This document shows positions 50,401 through 59,186 of a stretch of 64,000 bases of DNA, one piece after another (position 1 is the stretch's first letter; the number at the start of each line of letters is the position of its first letter). Where the stretch lies: assembly GCF_001194135.2 (NCBI RefSeq), contig NC_068991.1:7636070-7700069 (forward strand). Direction: 5' to 3'. Origin of the DNA: Octopus bimaculoides. Its lineage: Eukaryota. Under the pieces are notes generated by a model. That model saw only the letters and a program-made list of their open reading frames with translations. It did no database searches and was not told where the DNA came from. Made by a program: the position numbers and the translations under genes.

Positions 50401-53087
50401 TTAATTAAAAAAGTATAAACATACAAACGTCATTTCAATGAATTTCAATTTGCTTTCCATACCATTCTCTTTTGGTTATTTCTTTCCCGGATGTAGTCAC
50501 ACCTTCTTAGAATAACAGTGAAGAATCAAGATTTCTATAATATGTTTGTAAATTGATTGCTTAAAGAAATCTACTTGACCATATCTGGCTCTGGTCCAAA
50601 GTACTGGCATACGGAAAACTCATACTTATTATGGCAATACATTTATGTTAACAGTTAGTGTTTGAGTGTATTTTAACAAATACAGCAGAGGCCTTAATGA
50701 ACAAACGTGTAAAATAAAGATTATGAAAAATAATGATTGAAGTAGAGCCAACACACACTGTAACTACTTACATTATAAATGCTTGACTTTGGTCTCTCAA
50801 CTTCTTTCATTATTTTATATTTTCATGGTACCCCCCTATCCCTGCACACCATTATTTATTTCTCACATGGTAAAGATTATTAACAGATTTGCTTATGCTT
50901 GTGCAAGACTTGTTCCGTGTTCTGCAAACGGATTAGGTGCTGGCACATGATATCGTATGAATATATTCGTGGTACGTAGCTTGAGAGTTTAAATTATTCT
51001 GCAGGTAATTTGTTCCTGAAAAAAATTACTTTTTTTTTTTTTCTCTTTTGAACTAAACTTACCAAATTGGAAAGTATCGTTCAATCTGTCTGGTAATTTA
51101 TTAGCTTTGTTCAGTCTATTTAAGGAGACATCTGTTTCTGTCTGTTGAACTCTGTGGCAACTGAAGACAAATATAGGAACAGGAATTGTGTCAGTCTTAG
51201 CAGCCATGTTTAGCTAACGTGAATTAGTATTTTAATTATTTCATTTCAGCAAAAATACAATGGAAATTAATCATCCAGAGATAAAGTTGCTTCTTTAATA
51301 AACCTAGAGAAATCATTTTGATCAAGTTCAGCATATTTTTAGTCTGGTGGGCAGTGAAAAGCTCTATTGAAAATGAGTAACTTCTATTTAAAGTTAAGTT
51401 CATGTTTGGAAGAGACTGTGTAAAGCCTTCAGCCAGGTTCTTTTCTCAGTCTTCTATTGTTATCCAAGTTGTGGAAGCTCTCAAGCCAAAATTTAACAGC
51501 ATTGAATGCTCATGAGAAATTTTTATAGGCAGGTGACGTTATTGAAAACTTGCCAAGTCAAGGTTTAAAATCTTTCTGTGTCCTGTTCTTGCTGTATTAT
51601 GGTATTAAATACATTATCATTACAACACATTTTCACTTTGGATCTCTTTTGAAATGAAGATTATTTCAGTGATGTAAACTAATAACAGGACTATGTCAAC
51701 CGGATAAGAATTCTGTTTCAGACTATTTTTCCAGGTCCTCTTGTTGGTGTTGTCTGACAGAACTGACAATAAAAGTGAAATGGATTCAGGTTTGTTGCTG
51801 TAATACCAATATTTCATCTTCCCATCCTCCAACTCTCTTCCCCCCAGAATACTAAGAGAGACACAAAAACAGTCCCTGGCGGAGAGAGGGATTGGATGGT
51901 TAATGTTTTTTGTTTTTTTTTTTATTTTGTTTTGTTTATCAAAGAATTGGAATTGGGTACTGTTATCAGTTTCTGGCCTCATTCTATGCTCTGAGGAAAT
52001 GGTTCTACAGATTCTTAACTTCAAACAGTGTTACAATAGACATGTAAATTTACTGCAGATCTGAAATTAAAATACCACGTTTTTGAAAGGATAAAAAGAA
52101 AAAGAAAGAAAGCTGAATGGTTGATCTGTAAAAGGCTGGCTTATTTCCTCTTTGCAGATAAAAATGTAGTAGTCTTTGCAAAGTTGTATTGATTCACCTA
52201 ATGACAGAGAGAGAGTTTGTAAATCAGATTAACAGATGGCTGTGTGGATAGAGAAGCTTGCTTTGCAACCATGTGGTTTTGAGTTCAGTTTCCACCACAT
52301 GGCACCTTGAGCAAGTGTTTCCTACTGTAACCTTGGTCCGACCAATTCCTTGTGAGTGAATTTGGTAGACGGAACCAGTGTGCGTGTATGTCTGCATTCC
52401 CCCCCCCCTGTTGGTTTGTTTATATCTCTGTAACTTAGTAACTCAGCAAAAAAGACCAATAGAATAAGTATCGGGAATGATTTGTTCAGCTGAAACCCTT
52501 CAGGGATGTGGTCCCTACAAGCATGGCTACGGTCCAATGACCGAAACAAATAAAAGATCTGAACAAAAGATGTTGCAGCAGGGACTTGTATAACTTGAAC
52601 GATGTAAAATGTTAGAGAAAGAAACCTAACTGTTTCCTGCAATAAATACATCTACAGCAAAATTATTTCATGGCCCCTTAAAATAACACTGTGGACCCCT
52701 CAAAATCTTATATGGACTCCAATTGAGAACGACTGCATTAAATGATTACCATAGAATGTTCAATTGTATTGTTCATGAAATTTTTGTTAATATTAATTAA
52801 ATCTGTTTTGTAATTAACTAATTTTTTTCTCTCTCTCTTTTTCTTTCCCCGTTTCTAGAGCTCTCTCCACTTATGGAAAATTATCGAATTTAACCTACCT
52901 TGATCTTTCTGGCTGTCTGCAAGTCAGCGGTGATGTGCTTGAAAAACTGGTGGAATCTTGTCCAAAACTGCAGCATGAAAATCTCTTCTACTGTGATAAT
53001 ATTAGCAATGATCCTTTTGAATACACAGCCAGTGGATGTCAGAATCTACAGTGTAGCAACAGAGTTTGCTGCCGAAATGGAGAGTAA
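13109..53087 (+). CDS. FBXL5: F-box/LRR-repeat protein 5 (iron/oxygen-sensing SCF substrate receptor for IRP); 9 coding exons, 640 aa
   Basis: Exons 13109-13195, 19465-19800, 28194-28329, 28828-29076, 30256-30383, 31777-31893, 34604-34686, 35903-36460 and 52859-53087 join in frame (1923 nt) through GT-AG introns. The translation aligns end to end with vertebrate FBXL5 as recalled. Confidence 0.97.
14400..14980 (+). mobile_element. Probable highly decayed Penelope-like retroelement remnant
   Basis: Frameshifted FMD...PKLRSFYTD/DCIGAISFARDQL resembles the PLE RT YIDDCIGA region. It is followed by a degenerate CTGACGAG...ACGTC motif at 14910-14934. Confidence 0.4.
14983..15754. mobile_element. 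772-bp non-autonomous DNA transposon with TIRs of about 110 bp
   Basis: GGGGGCTAATGCAGTTTCG...CTCCTTGAAAAATGCATTT...GATTCCTAC.TTTTAGATGTCG.AGATT..GAATATG is inverted at the right end. ATTTT flanks both sides (14978-14982, 15755-15759). Confidence 0.85.
15798..15953. repeat. Direct plus inverted repeat unit with a telomere-like TTTAGGGTTA core
   Basis: Two direct units of about 65 bp; 15841-15879 is inverted at 15913-15953. Partial copy at about 17880-17935. Confidence 0.7.
17040..17217 (+). mobile_element. Retroposon family C copy
   Basis: GGCATTAGGAAAGGCATCC...CCAACCCATGCCAGCATGG...TTAAATGATGATGAT. Confidence 0.8.
17238..17800 (+). mobile_element. Helitron/Helentron-type non-autonomous element
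   Basis: Begins T|ACTAGCAGAGATACCCGGTTTTGCCCG after (TA)n, typical of Lep1/DINE-like ends, and contains AAATTTCATCAAAAT motifs. The 3' end is uncertain. Confidence 0.45.
18662..18798. mobile_element. Degenerate hAT-type MITE; related copy about 52655-52735
   Basis: Right end GAGAACCACTG (reverse complement CAGTGGTTCTC); preceded by ATCTAGAG. Confidence 0.4.
19465..19800 (+). CDS. FBXL5: FBXL5 exon 2, hemerythrin-like domain
   Basis: tttcag| acceptor; FKEHETIEN, CHKDYKL and FIPHMQEEEE motifs; GT at 19801. Confidence 0.96.
20203..20460 (-). mobile_element. Retroposon family C copy
   Basis: (CAT)n, TCCATGCTGGCATGGGTTGG, GCTGGATGCCCTTCCTAA. Confidence 0.85.
21759..21978. mobile_element. piggyBac-type MITE
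   Basis: CCCTTTCGTTAC...GTAACGAAAGG(T), followed by TTAA at the right end. Confidence 0.6.
22726..23017 (+). mobile_element. SINE family A, head and tail with internal deletion
   Basis: GGCTGTGTGGTAAG...GGGTTCAGTCCCACTGC and tail CCAGCATGGCCACAGTCAAATGACTGAAA. Confidence 0.85.
23166..23295 (-). mobile_element. SINE family A head, inverted relative to the 22726 copy
   Basis: Reverse complement of the family A head. Confidence 0.85.
25770..26156 (-). mobile_element. SINE family A, near-full copy
   Basis: Tail, central microsatellite and head all present. Confidence 0.85.
27040..27722 (-). mobile_element. SINE family A interrupted by a nested family C element (about 27248-27570)
   Basis: Family A tail (27040-27240) and head (27585-27722) flank a family C copy. 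Confidence 0.75.
28194..28329 (+). CDS. FBXL5: FBXL5 exon 3
   Basis: ctccag|ILQPLLVEHFSYEELKEIQTQVIDHH (human VFQPMLMEYFTYEELKDIK); GTAAG at 28330, phase 1. Confidence 0.93.
28440..28790 (-). mobile_element. Retroposon family C copy in FBXL5 intron 3
   Basis: ATGCTGGCATGGATTGGATGG...GCTGGATGTCCTTC...GTGTACTGGGTGC. Confidence 0.75.
28828..29076 (+). CDS. FBXL5: FBXL5 exon 4, F-box
   Basis: LPDEVWLQIFSFLNPLELMYCSKMSVNWNRLTMDPSLW...YWARG; GTAAG at 29077. Confidence 0.96.
29242..29433 (+). mobile_element. Tc1/mariner-superfamily transposase C-terminal fragment
   Basis: DSYLWGYLKDNVYQNNL*TVDELKLAITAEIREI...VIDNF resembles the DFFLWGYLK.KVY...T..ELK..I..EI motif. Confidence 0.75.
29461..29663 (-). 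mobile_element. SINE family D, full and apparently young copy
   Basis: Retains CpGs; A-box-like GCTGGCAGAATCG and B-box GAGTTCAAATTC on the - strand. Confidence 0.9.
30256..30383 (+). CDS. FBXL5: FBXL5 exon 5
   Basis: tacag| acceptor; FDEDADIDES motif (human WDEDADIDES); GTAAA at 30384. Confidence 0.94.
31777..31893 (+). CDS. FBXL5: FBXL5 exon 6, LRR
   Basis: ttgcag|YFTERKF...IGHGVQKLDLAYCHGVTDDV|GTGAGT. Confidence 0.93.
31935..32320 (-). mobile_element. SINE family A, full copy
   Basis: Tail, microsatellite and head intact. Confidence 0.9.
32350..32695 (-). mobile_element. SINE family A, older tandem copy
   Basis: Same architecture, directly adjacent to the previous copy. Confidence 0.8.
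33161..33326. mobile_element. pogo/Tigger-like MITE
   Basis: CTGTATTTTAACGTGTATAA...CTTATACATGTTAAAATATGGTA inverted termini. Confidence 0.65.
33447..33960 (-). mobile_element. Retroposon family C, long copy
   Basis: (CAT)n tail with conserved 3' end; extends into a purine-rich body with no ORF. Confidence 0.75.
34604..34686 (+). CDS. FBXL5: FBXL5 exon 7, LRR
   Basis: ttgcag|LREFLSFCPNLEFLDISQTKISDKAFK|GTTAGT, phase 2. Confidence 0.94.
35903..36460 (+). CDS. FBXL5: FBXL5 exon 8, LRRs flanking a Cys-rich insertion
   Basis: tttcag| acceptor; LQHLDFTGCINITD...LTYLNLSGCFHITNESLR; GTAAGT at 36461. Confidence 0.95.
36862..37000 (-). mobile_element. Retroposon family C copy
   Basis: Conserved 3' end. 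Confidence 0.75.
37822..38020 (+). mobile_element. Retroposon family C copy
   Basis: GCGTTAGGAAGGGCATCC...CATGCCAGCATGGAAAGCGGACATTAAATGATGAT. Confidence 0.85.
38045..38295 (-). mobile_element. SINE family D copy
   Basis: GAAAGGATGAAAGGC core on the + strand. Confidence 0.7.
39880..40100 (+). mobile_element. Retroposon family C copy
   Basis: CCCGTGCCGGTGGCACGTAA...GGCGTCAGGAAGGGCAT...GGACGTTAAATAATGATG. Confidence 0.85.
40684..41135 (+). mobile_element. Two head-to-tail SINE family D copies (40684-40895, 40921-41132) separated by (TTA)n
   Basis: Both carry the B-box GTTCAAATTC and the CATCC.TT..G.GTCGATAAATT core. Confidence 0.88.
41205..41400 (+). mobile_element. Helentron/HINE-like element 5' end
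   Basis: Perfect hairpin TACCTCCGCCTT-AGCG-AAGGCGGAGGTA followed by (GTTT)n and GGATGGATTCGGATGAAACTT. Confidence 0.6.
42222..42436 (+). mobile_element. Second piggyBac-like MITE family; other copies about 20590-20680 and 63703-63791 on -
   Basis: Shared AGCCA.ATC.GGCCCAAATATT...TTATGTTCA.ACCAG core; ends adjoin TTAA. Confidence 0.45.
43390..43615 (+). mobile_element. Retroposon family C copy
   Basis: GGAGTGGTTGGCGTTAGGAAGGGCATCC...CCAACCCATGCCAGCATGG. Confidence 0.85.
45552..45776. mobile_element. Tc1/mariner-type MITE of about 225 bp
   Basis: TA-flanked TIRs TACGAGGAGGTGCTGATAAGATCCTGG...CCAGGAAATTTTCAGCCCCCACCTCCTCATA. Confidence 0.8.
46222..46762. mobile_element. Two inverted SINE family A heads (46222-46350 on +, about 46590-46762 on -) across a gap
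   Basis: Family A head motifs in opposite orientations. Confidence 0.7.
47347..47426. repeat. (CT)n microsatellite. Others: (AT)n 6124-6165, (GTGC)n 46511-46547, (GT)n 57617-57670
   Basis: Directly visible. Confidence 0.95.
47915..48262 (-). mobile_element. SINE family A copy
   Basis: Tail and head motifs. Confidence 0.8.
49321..49629 (-). mobile_element. Retroposon family C, young copy with internal tandem units, running into a gap
   Basis: Near-identical to 59187-59504. Confidence 0.88.
49957..50380. mobile_element. pogo/Tigger-like non-autonomous element
   Basis: GTAAATCCTCGAGTATA...TATACTCGAGGATTTACAGTA inverted termini. Confidence 0.8.
52232..52560 (+). mobile_element. SINE family A copy
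   Basis: Head GGCTGTGTGG...GAGTTCAG and tail CAAGCATGGC...TGACCGAAACAAATAAAAGA. Confidence 0.8.
52859..53087 (+). CDS. FBXL5: FBXL5 exon 9, last LRR and [2Fe-2S] cap
   Basis: ttctag| acceptor; LDLSGC...FYCDNI...[20 protein letters not shown] (human YYCDNI...[20 protein letters not shown]). Confidence 0.97.
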
Positions 53088-53424
53088 GCTCAATTTGATG
53101 AGCAGGTAAATTTCTCCCCACTTTTTTTTCTTTCTTTTCTTGTGTTGTTATAGTTTCCATGCCATCATTTCAAATTAGCACATGCTGTCTGTTAGTGTGT
53201 GTCTGAGAACAGAATAAAACAGGAGATTTAATTTGTCTTTTCATTATAACATCATAAATTATATAATCTCAACGTGTTTCTCTAGCAATTTCTTGGGGTG
53301 CAGAAGGAGAAGTGGCGGGGGAGGGGGTAGATGTGAAAGGGGAAGTGGCTAAAGGGGGGTTGATGGTCAAAAAAGTTTGGCAACCCCTAGTGTAGACTCT
53401 CTCTATATCTTGTCGCTCCATTAA

Positions 53425-53830
53425 GTTAAAGAGCTGTCAGAATTGTTAACATATCAGGCAAAATGCTCAGCAACATTTCTTCCAACTCTTTATGCTCTGA
53501 GTTCAAATACCACCAAAGTTGACTTTGCCCTTTCATCCTTTTGGAGTTGATGTAATTGACAACCCCCCCCTCTCTCTCTCTAAAATTGGTGGCCTTGAGC
53601 CAAAATTTGAAACTTTTAAGGTAGAATTATTACCACACCGGACAATAATGCTTAGTGGCATTTATTTCAACTCTCTGCGTTCTGAGTTCAAATTCCACCA
53701 AGGTTGGTGTTGCCTTTCATCTTTTCAGGGTCGATGAAACAAGCATTTGTTAAGCCCTGGGGTTTATTGTAATCAAGTTTCTCTCCCCCCGCTCTCAAAA
53801 TTACTGGTCTTGTGTCAGAATCAGAAAGAA
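53425..53830 (+). mobile_element. Two tandem SINE family D copies
   Basis: Two TCTGAGTTCAAAT..CACCAA.GTTG...GCC.TTCATC cores. Confidence 0.75.
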
Positions 53831-53885
53831 TTATTTTATTGTTAGAAATAATACATTTCTAAATCTCTGAGAGAGATTTATACGA

Positions 53886-54229
53886 TGAAGTAGTTGTATG
53901 CTGTCAACTTAATGTGACAGTCCTCTGAAGGGAATAATACTACTGTTGGTTAGACCTAGGAAGCTGAACCACTTCCTGTCAGCCTTGACACATTTCCTGT
54001 GTCCTTATGTTTACAAGAGGGAGACTGATGACGAGCAAACACTCAGAAACATGTCTCTGGATGCAGGCTTAGCTGGGTGGAGGTGCTTGTCTTCCCCTTG
54101 TAAACATAAAGACACAGGAAATGTGTCAAGGCCGACAATTAAGCAGTGCAGCTTCCTAGGTCTAACCAACAGTAGTATTATTCCCTTCAGGGGACTGTCA
54201 CATTAAGTTGACAGCATACAACTACTTCA
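53886..54229. repeat. 344-bp foldback element: 140/141-bp inverted arms and a 63-nt loop
   Basis: 53886-54025 versus the reverse complement of 54089-54229: about 11 differences by manual alignment, only one in the outer 81 bp. Confidence 0.95.
54022..54058 (+). ncRNA. Candidate minimal (Penelope-type) hammerhead ribozyme motif
   Basis: AGA-CTGATGA-C-GAG(CAAACA)CTC-A-GAAAC-ATGTC-TCT: conserved core, 3-bp stem II, palindromic ACATGT stem III and a GUC triplet. It has a non-canonical C/A closure and a short stem I. Confidence 0.45.
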
Positions 54230-56935
54230 ATTATTTTATTGTTCCTTTAAAAGGTAAAAGAAAAAGGGATCAGATGAAATGTCTGTCAATCGTGAAGTTT
54301 CAGCTTTTTTATAAATTGTGCTTTTTTGGCCCTTTTTTTTTACGATGTCTCTTTTCCTCTCCTTCTTTTTCAGATTCATCCCATCTTGACAACTTGTTAT
54401 GATCAACCAACAGATTTTCTTGTCTTCTACTGTTAAAGTCTTAATTATTTTCTCAACAGTTCTGGGTAAATTTTATTATAGCCTAATTAGTATCCCAATT
54501 TCTAAAAATGATTATTAACTTAAACTTGCTGAGTAATTTTAAAGTTTCATTCTTCCTTCTCATTAAATTCTGCAGTTATTATTATTTATTATTTTTTATT
54601 TTTATTTTTATTCTTTTGCAATTGGTGAACAACGGCATTATTTGTTCACTGAAATTATCATCAGTGAGAGTGACAAGGGAGTGTATGTATCTCAATGCAG
54701 AACAAACACCACAAGGAATTTCATTTGGAGAGCGCTATTTTTTTGTTTTGTTTTGTTTTGTTTGTTTTTTTTTTCTTGCTGATGTTTACATTTTTTGCTA
54801 ACGTTTATTTTCAACGCACACAATGAATTTCCATGCAGTTCTGTCTACCAGTTTCCACTCAGAAGATATCAGTCAACTCAAAGTTATGGTAGAAGATACT
54901 TACCTAATGTTTCTGTGCCGTGAGTTCAAACCCAAAACAGTGCAGTTTCAGAACAAACTCTTTATCTCCCACAATCAAGCACGCTTACATCCCTAATTTA
55001 AATTTCACCTTTTCATTGAAGCCTGTCTCATCGACCACTTTGCATTCCAACTCAAAATTCTTCCTCATCTTTCATTTCATCTCTCTGCTGACATAATTTT
55101 GTATTATTTTTCATTAAAACATTCTCCTGCTTTGCAACGTACATGCTGATGATGATGATGCTGCTTTCAATTTTTTTTTACCTTTACTTTCCATGAAACT
55201 TATTCACCAAAAGAACTCAGTGTTAATGACAATTCTTAACGACATCACTCTATCAGCCAGTCTGTCGGATGTTTTCATACACCACACTGGTCACACTGCT
55301 CTACCTTGCGTCGTCGTAGCTTTCACACGATGCCACCCTACCTGCTAAAACAGGCCGACAGGCAGCCAGGCCAAGATTCCCTCTGAGTGGGATCACCAGT
55401 CCTTACAGCCGAGTGCAACTGGAGCTATGTGGAATGAAGTGTTTCGCTTCAGAAACACAACACACCACCAGGCTGGGAATCGAAATCACGATTGCAGCAC
55501 CTTTATCCACTCAGCCTCACACCTTTGCTAATAATTATATTCAAAGAGAAGTTGAAGCCATCCAATAATAAACTTCCAACATCTACTAGCTCTCTCTCTC
55601 TCTCTTCCCCCCCACCCTCACTCTTTCTCTCATAGCTACAACTGTCATTGCTTCCATCTTAGAAGACAAAATGTCAATTTTGATATGTGATACTCTATGC
55701 AAATCATATGACATTCCTGCATTTTGCCCATCTAATCTTACTGATGAGTTCACCTAGTTTTCCTCTTCTCTACATTTCAACTAATGCTCCTATTTATATT
55801 ACAACTATATTATATTACTGTACTGCAATTATGTCATAGGTTCAATAGACAAATATGCTGATTGCTTCTCATAGGCAAGCCACACAAGTTAATTATTATT
55901 ATTATTATTTTTTTTTTACATGAATGGGCATGTGGACTAATTAGCAGTGACTTGTTATAGCTCTCATCTTTTACTGGTTTCAGTCATTGGACCGTGGCCA
56001 TGCTGGGGCACTACCTTGAAGGGTTTTAGTTGAACGGCTCAACTCCCCTCCCACCTCCCCAGTACTTGTTTTTTTTTGTTTTTTTTTAAAGTCTATCACT
56101 TATTTCATTGGTCTATTTTGCCAAGCCTCTAAGTTACAGGGACATAAACAAACCAACACTGGTTGTCAAGCAGTGGTGGAAATAGACACAATCACAAATA
56201 TGTATATGTGAGTGTGTATGTATGTGCATGTGTATATATATATATATATATATATGGGTCCAATCCATGCCAGCATAGAAAGCGGACGTTAAACAACGAT
56301 GATATATATATATATATATATATAAACAAAAGTAAATGAGTATATGCATATATACGTACAGGTATGTGCATACCGACATCCACCTGTATGTATAGGTGCA
56401 TATCTGGGTACAGGACATTGCAAACAAACGTAGACGAGAACACACGAGCCACATAGAGAACATTCTACTTCATCAGCTACCCACGTTTTAACATCGGCGT
56501 TTCAGTTTCCATCTGCCANNNNNNNNNNNNNNNNNNNNNNNNNNNNNNNNNNNNNNNNNNNNNNNNNNNNNNNNNNNNNNNNNNNNNNNNNNNNNNNNNN
56601 NNNNNNNNNNNNNNNNNNNNNNNNNNNNNNNNNNNNNNNNNNNNNNNNNNNNNNNNNNNNNNNNNNNNNNNNNNNNNNNNNNNNNNNNNNNNNNNNNNNN
56701 NNNNNNNNNNNNNNNNNNNNNNNNNNNNNNNNNNNNNNNNNNNNNNNNNNNNNNNNNNNNNNNNNNNNNNNNNNNNNNNNNNNNNNNNNNNNNNNNNNNN
56801 NNNNNNNNNNNNNNNNNNNNNNNNNNNNNNNNNNNNNNNNNNNNNNNNNNNNNNNNNNNNNNNNNNNNNNNNATGCTGTTTTTTATTATTATTATTATTA
56901 TTATCCTTAAACTATGTTTGTTCTCTTTTCCTTAG

Positions 56936-57250
56936 CTACACCTTTAGATCTCTTACCTAAGCATTCGTTTAGGCATCCTCGTGCCATTAGGTCCTTATCA
57001 TAAAACCGTTGTTGAATAATTTCCAGAAAATAGCGAGAGGCTTCAGTACTTGCTGCTGACTCTCTCTCATTGTGACATTTTTAATTTATTTTCAATTTAT
57101 TAATTATTTACAAAACAAACTCTTAATCTCTAAAAAAAAAAAGAAAAAAAAAAATGTTGAACTCTGCTAATAAAATACCGGTGTTACTTGAAGCAAATCT
57201 GCTTAAAGAATGTAAAATATATAATAAACAGTAATCAATTAACAGACTTT
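56936..57250 (+). other. Candidate terminal 3' UTR exon of FBXL5
   Basis: Acceptor ttctcttttccttag| at 56935; AATAAA at 57169 and 57223 followed by a U-rich tract. It would pair with the donor CAG|GTAAAT at 53106. Confidence 0.3.
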
Positions 57251-57614
57251 TCTTTTTAATTGATTTTGTTTCCTTTTATTCTTTTATTTGTTTCAGTCAT
57301 TGGACTGTGGTCATGCTGGGGCACTACCACGAAGGGTTTACTCAAATTGTCTCCAGTACTTTCTTTTTTTTTTAATGTCCGGTGTATTTTCTGTTGGCCT
57401 CTTTTTTGCTAAACTCTTAATTCATGGGGATGTAAACCAGCAAACGCTGGTTCTTATACAATGGGGCAGGGCAGACACAAACCCACACACTCACAAAAGA
57501 CTTCATAAGCTCTCTGACATGTTTCAGGAGATTGAAATTGGAGGACATTGCTTGCATGACACTTGTTTTACAACTACCATGTTATGTGAAGTCAAGGAGA
57601 CAGTAACACACTCA

Positions 57615-57673
<59 letters not shown>

Positions 57674-57906
57674 AGCCTGAACAGGCTAGTTTCCAGTGAG
57701 AAGCCTGTGAAATTTTAAGTTACATGGAGTCAAAATCAAACTGTTTCAATGAATATGTAAGTTCTGCTAAATGTGTTCAATGCCTTTTTCTTTTGTTTGT
57801 CCACTCGTCCGTATGTGTGTGTGTGTGCGTGCGCGTCATACTAATATATACTTTTGTTATTTACACCACCTGTCCTCGTCTGTTGTTATTATTTGTATAT
57901 TCTCCC

Positions 57907-57940
<34 letters not shown>

Positions 57941-58479
57941 GTGTGTGTGTGTGTGTGTGTGTGGATATATATATAACTGGCTTTCAGTTTCTGTCTACCA
58001 AAATTTACTTGCAAGGTTTCGGTTGGCCTAGGCCTATAGTAGAAGTCACCCAAGGTGTCACGATGTAGGATTGAACCTATAACCATGTGGTTGGGAAGCA
58101 AACTTCTTACCACACAGTCACACCTCGTTTTAAAGTCTGGAGTGAAAAAGCACATATTATCTTCAAAGAAATATGGTATATTGTTCCAAGTTAGAATTGC
58201 CCAGCGAAAGAATGTAGCAATTATGAAAAACTACATCACAAAGGAATTAACGTATAAATGGAATTTGAACTGGAAATTCTTGATTTGTTAAATGGAATAA
58301 AAAAAATATATATTTGATGCTTTGAGAATACAATTTAATGAAATGGCAATGTTGCTTTATTTATCTGTGAAAGAGATTTAACCATTATTGCACAGGAACC
58401 AAGTATAGTCAGTTCTGTTCATGTGCATTGTTTTATCATAGTGGGGTACTTTCTAGAATCTTCCATGTTTCACACGATC

Positions 58480-58730
58480 ATGATCATCATCGTTTAACGT
58501 CCATTTTCCATGCTGGCATGGGTTAGACGGTTTGACTGAGGTCTGGAAAGCCAGCAGCTGCACCAGGCTCCAATCTGATCTGGATGCCCTTCCTAACACC
58601 AACCACTCTAAGAGTGTAGTAGGTGGTTTTTATGTGCCACCAGCACAGGTGCCAGTCAGGCGGGCCTGGCATCGACCATGTTCGGATGGTGCTTTTTACT
58701 TGCCACCAGCACAGGAGCCAGTCAGTGGCA
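58480..58730 (-). mobile_element. Retroposon family C copy
   Basis: Conserved 3' end plus two internal units. Confidence 0.85.
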
Positions 58731-59186
58731 CACATTTTATTTTTACCAACCAAATAGGAAGATGTGGCAAGAACTAATTTGCATATGATTTAGCATGTTG
58801 CATCACTTGCAAAAATTTAATCAGCACAGCGAGGGTTGAAATGAAATTTACAAGTCAGTTAAATAAAGGGAAACACCGACTGTTACATCTGAGGGAAATA
58901 CTTGGCAAAGAGACAGTAATTTTGGTGGTTTTATAAAATTTGTTTTGGTAAATCTGAATTCTTCTAATTGTCCATTTACATTGATGACTCACACTTTGCA
59001 GCCATTGAACTATGCATTATCAAATCTATATCTATAAATGTCAATATTTCTTTTGAAATGACATCATTATTTCCCAATGACTCTTTCCTGAAATTTGCAC
59101 ACAACTCTAAAATTATCCCAGAATAATGTATGGCCTGGACACTCTGTTTTGGCAACAGTGGTTTTTGTTGCTGGAAGTAAATATAT

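Noticed and set aside
13030-57250. Iron-responsive element (CAGUGN stem-loop) in FBXL5 5' or 3' regions
   Set aside because: CAGTG instances inspected (exon 1, about 54144, 54661, 54937, 57617) lack the 5-bp upper stem and C bulge. The search was by eye and not exhaustive.
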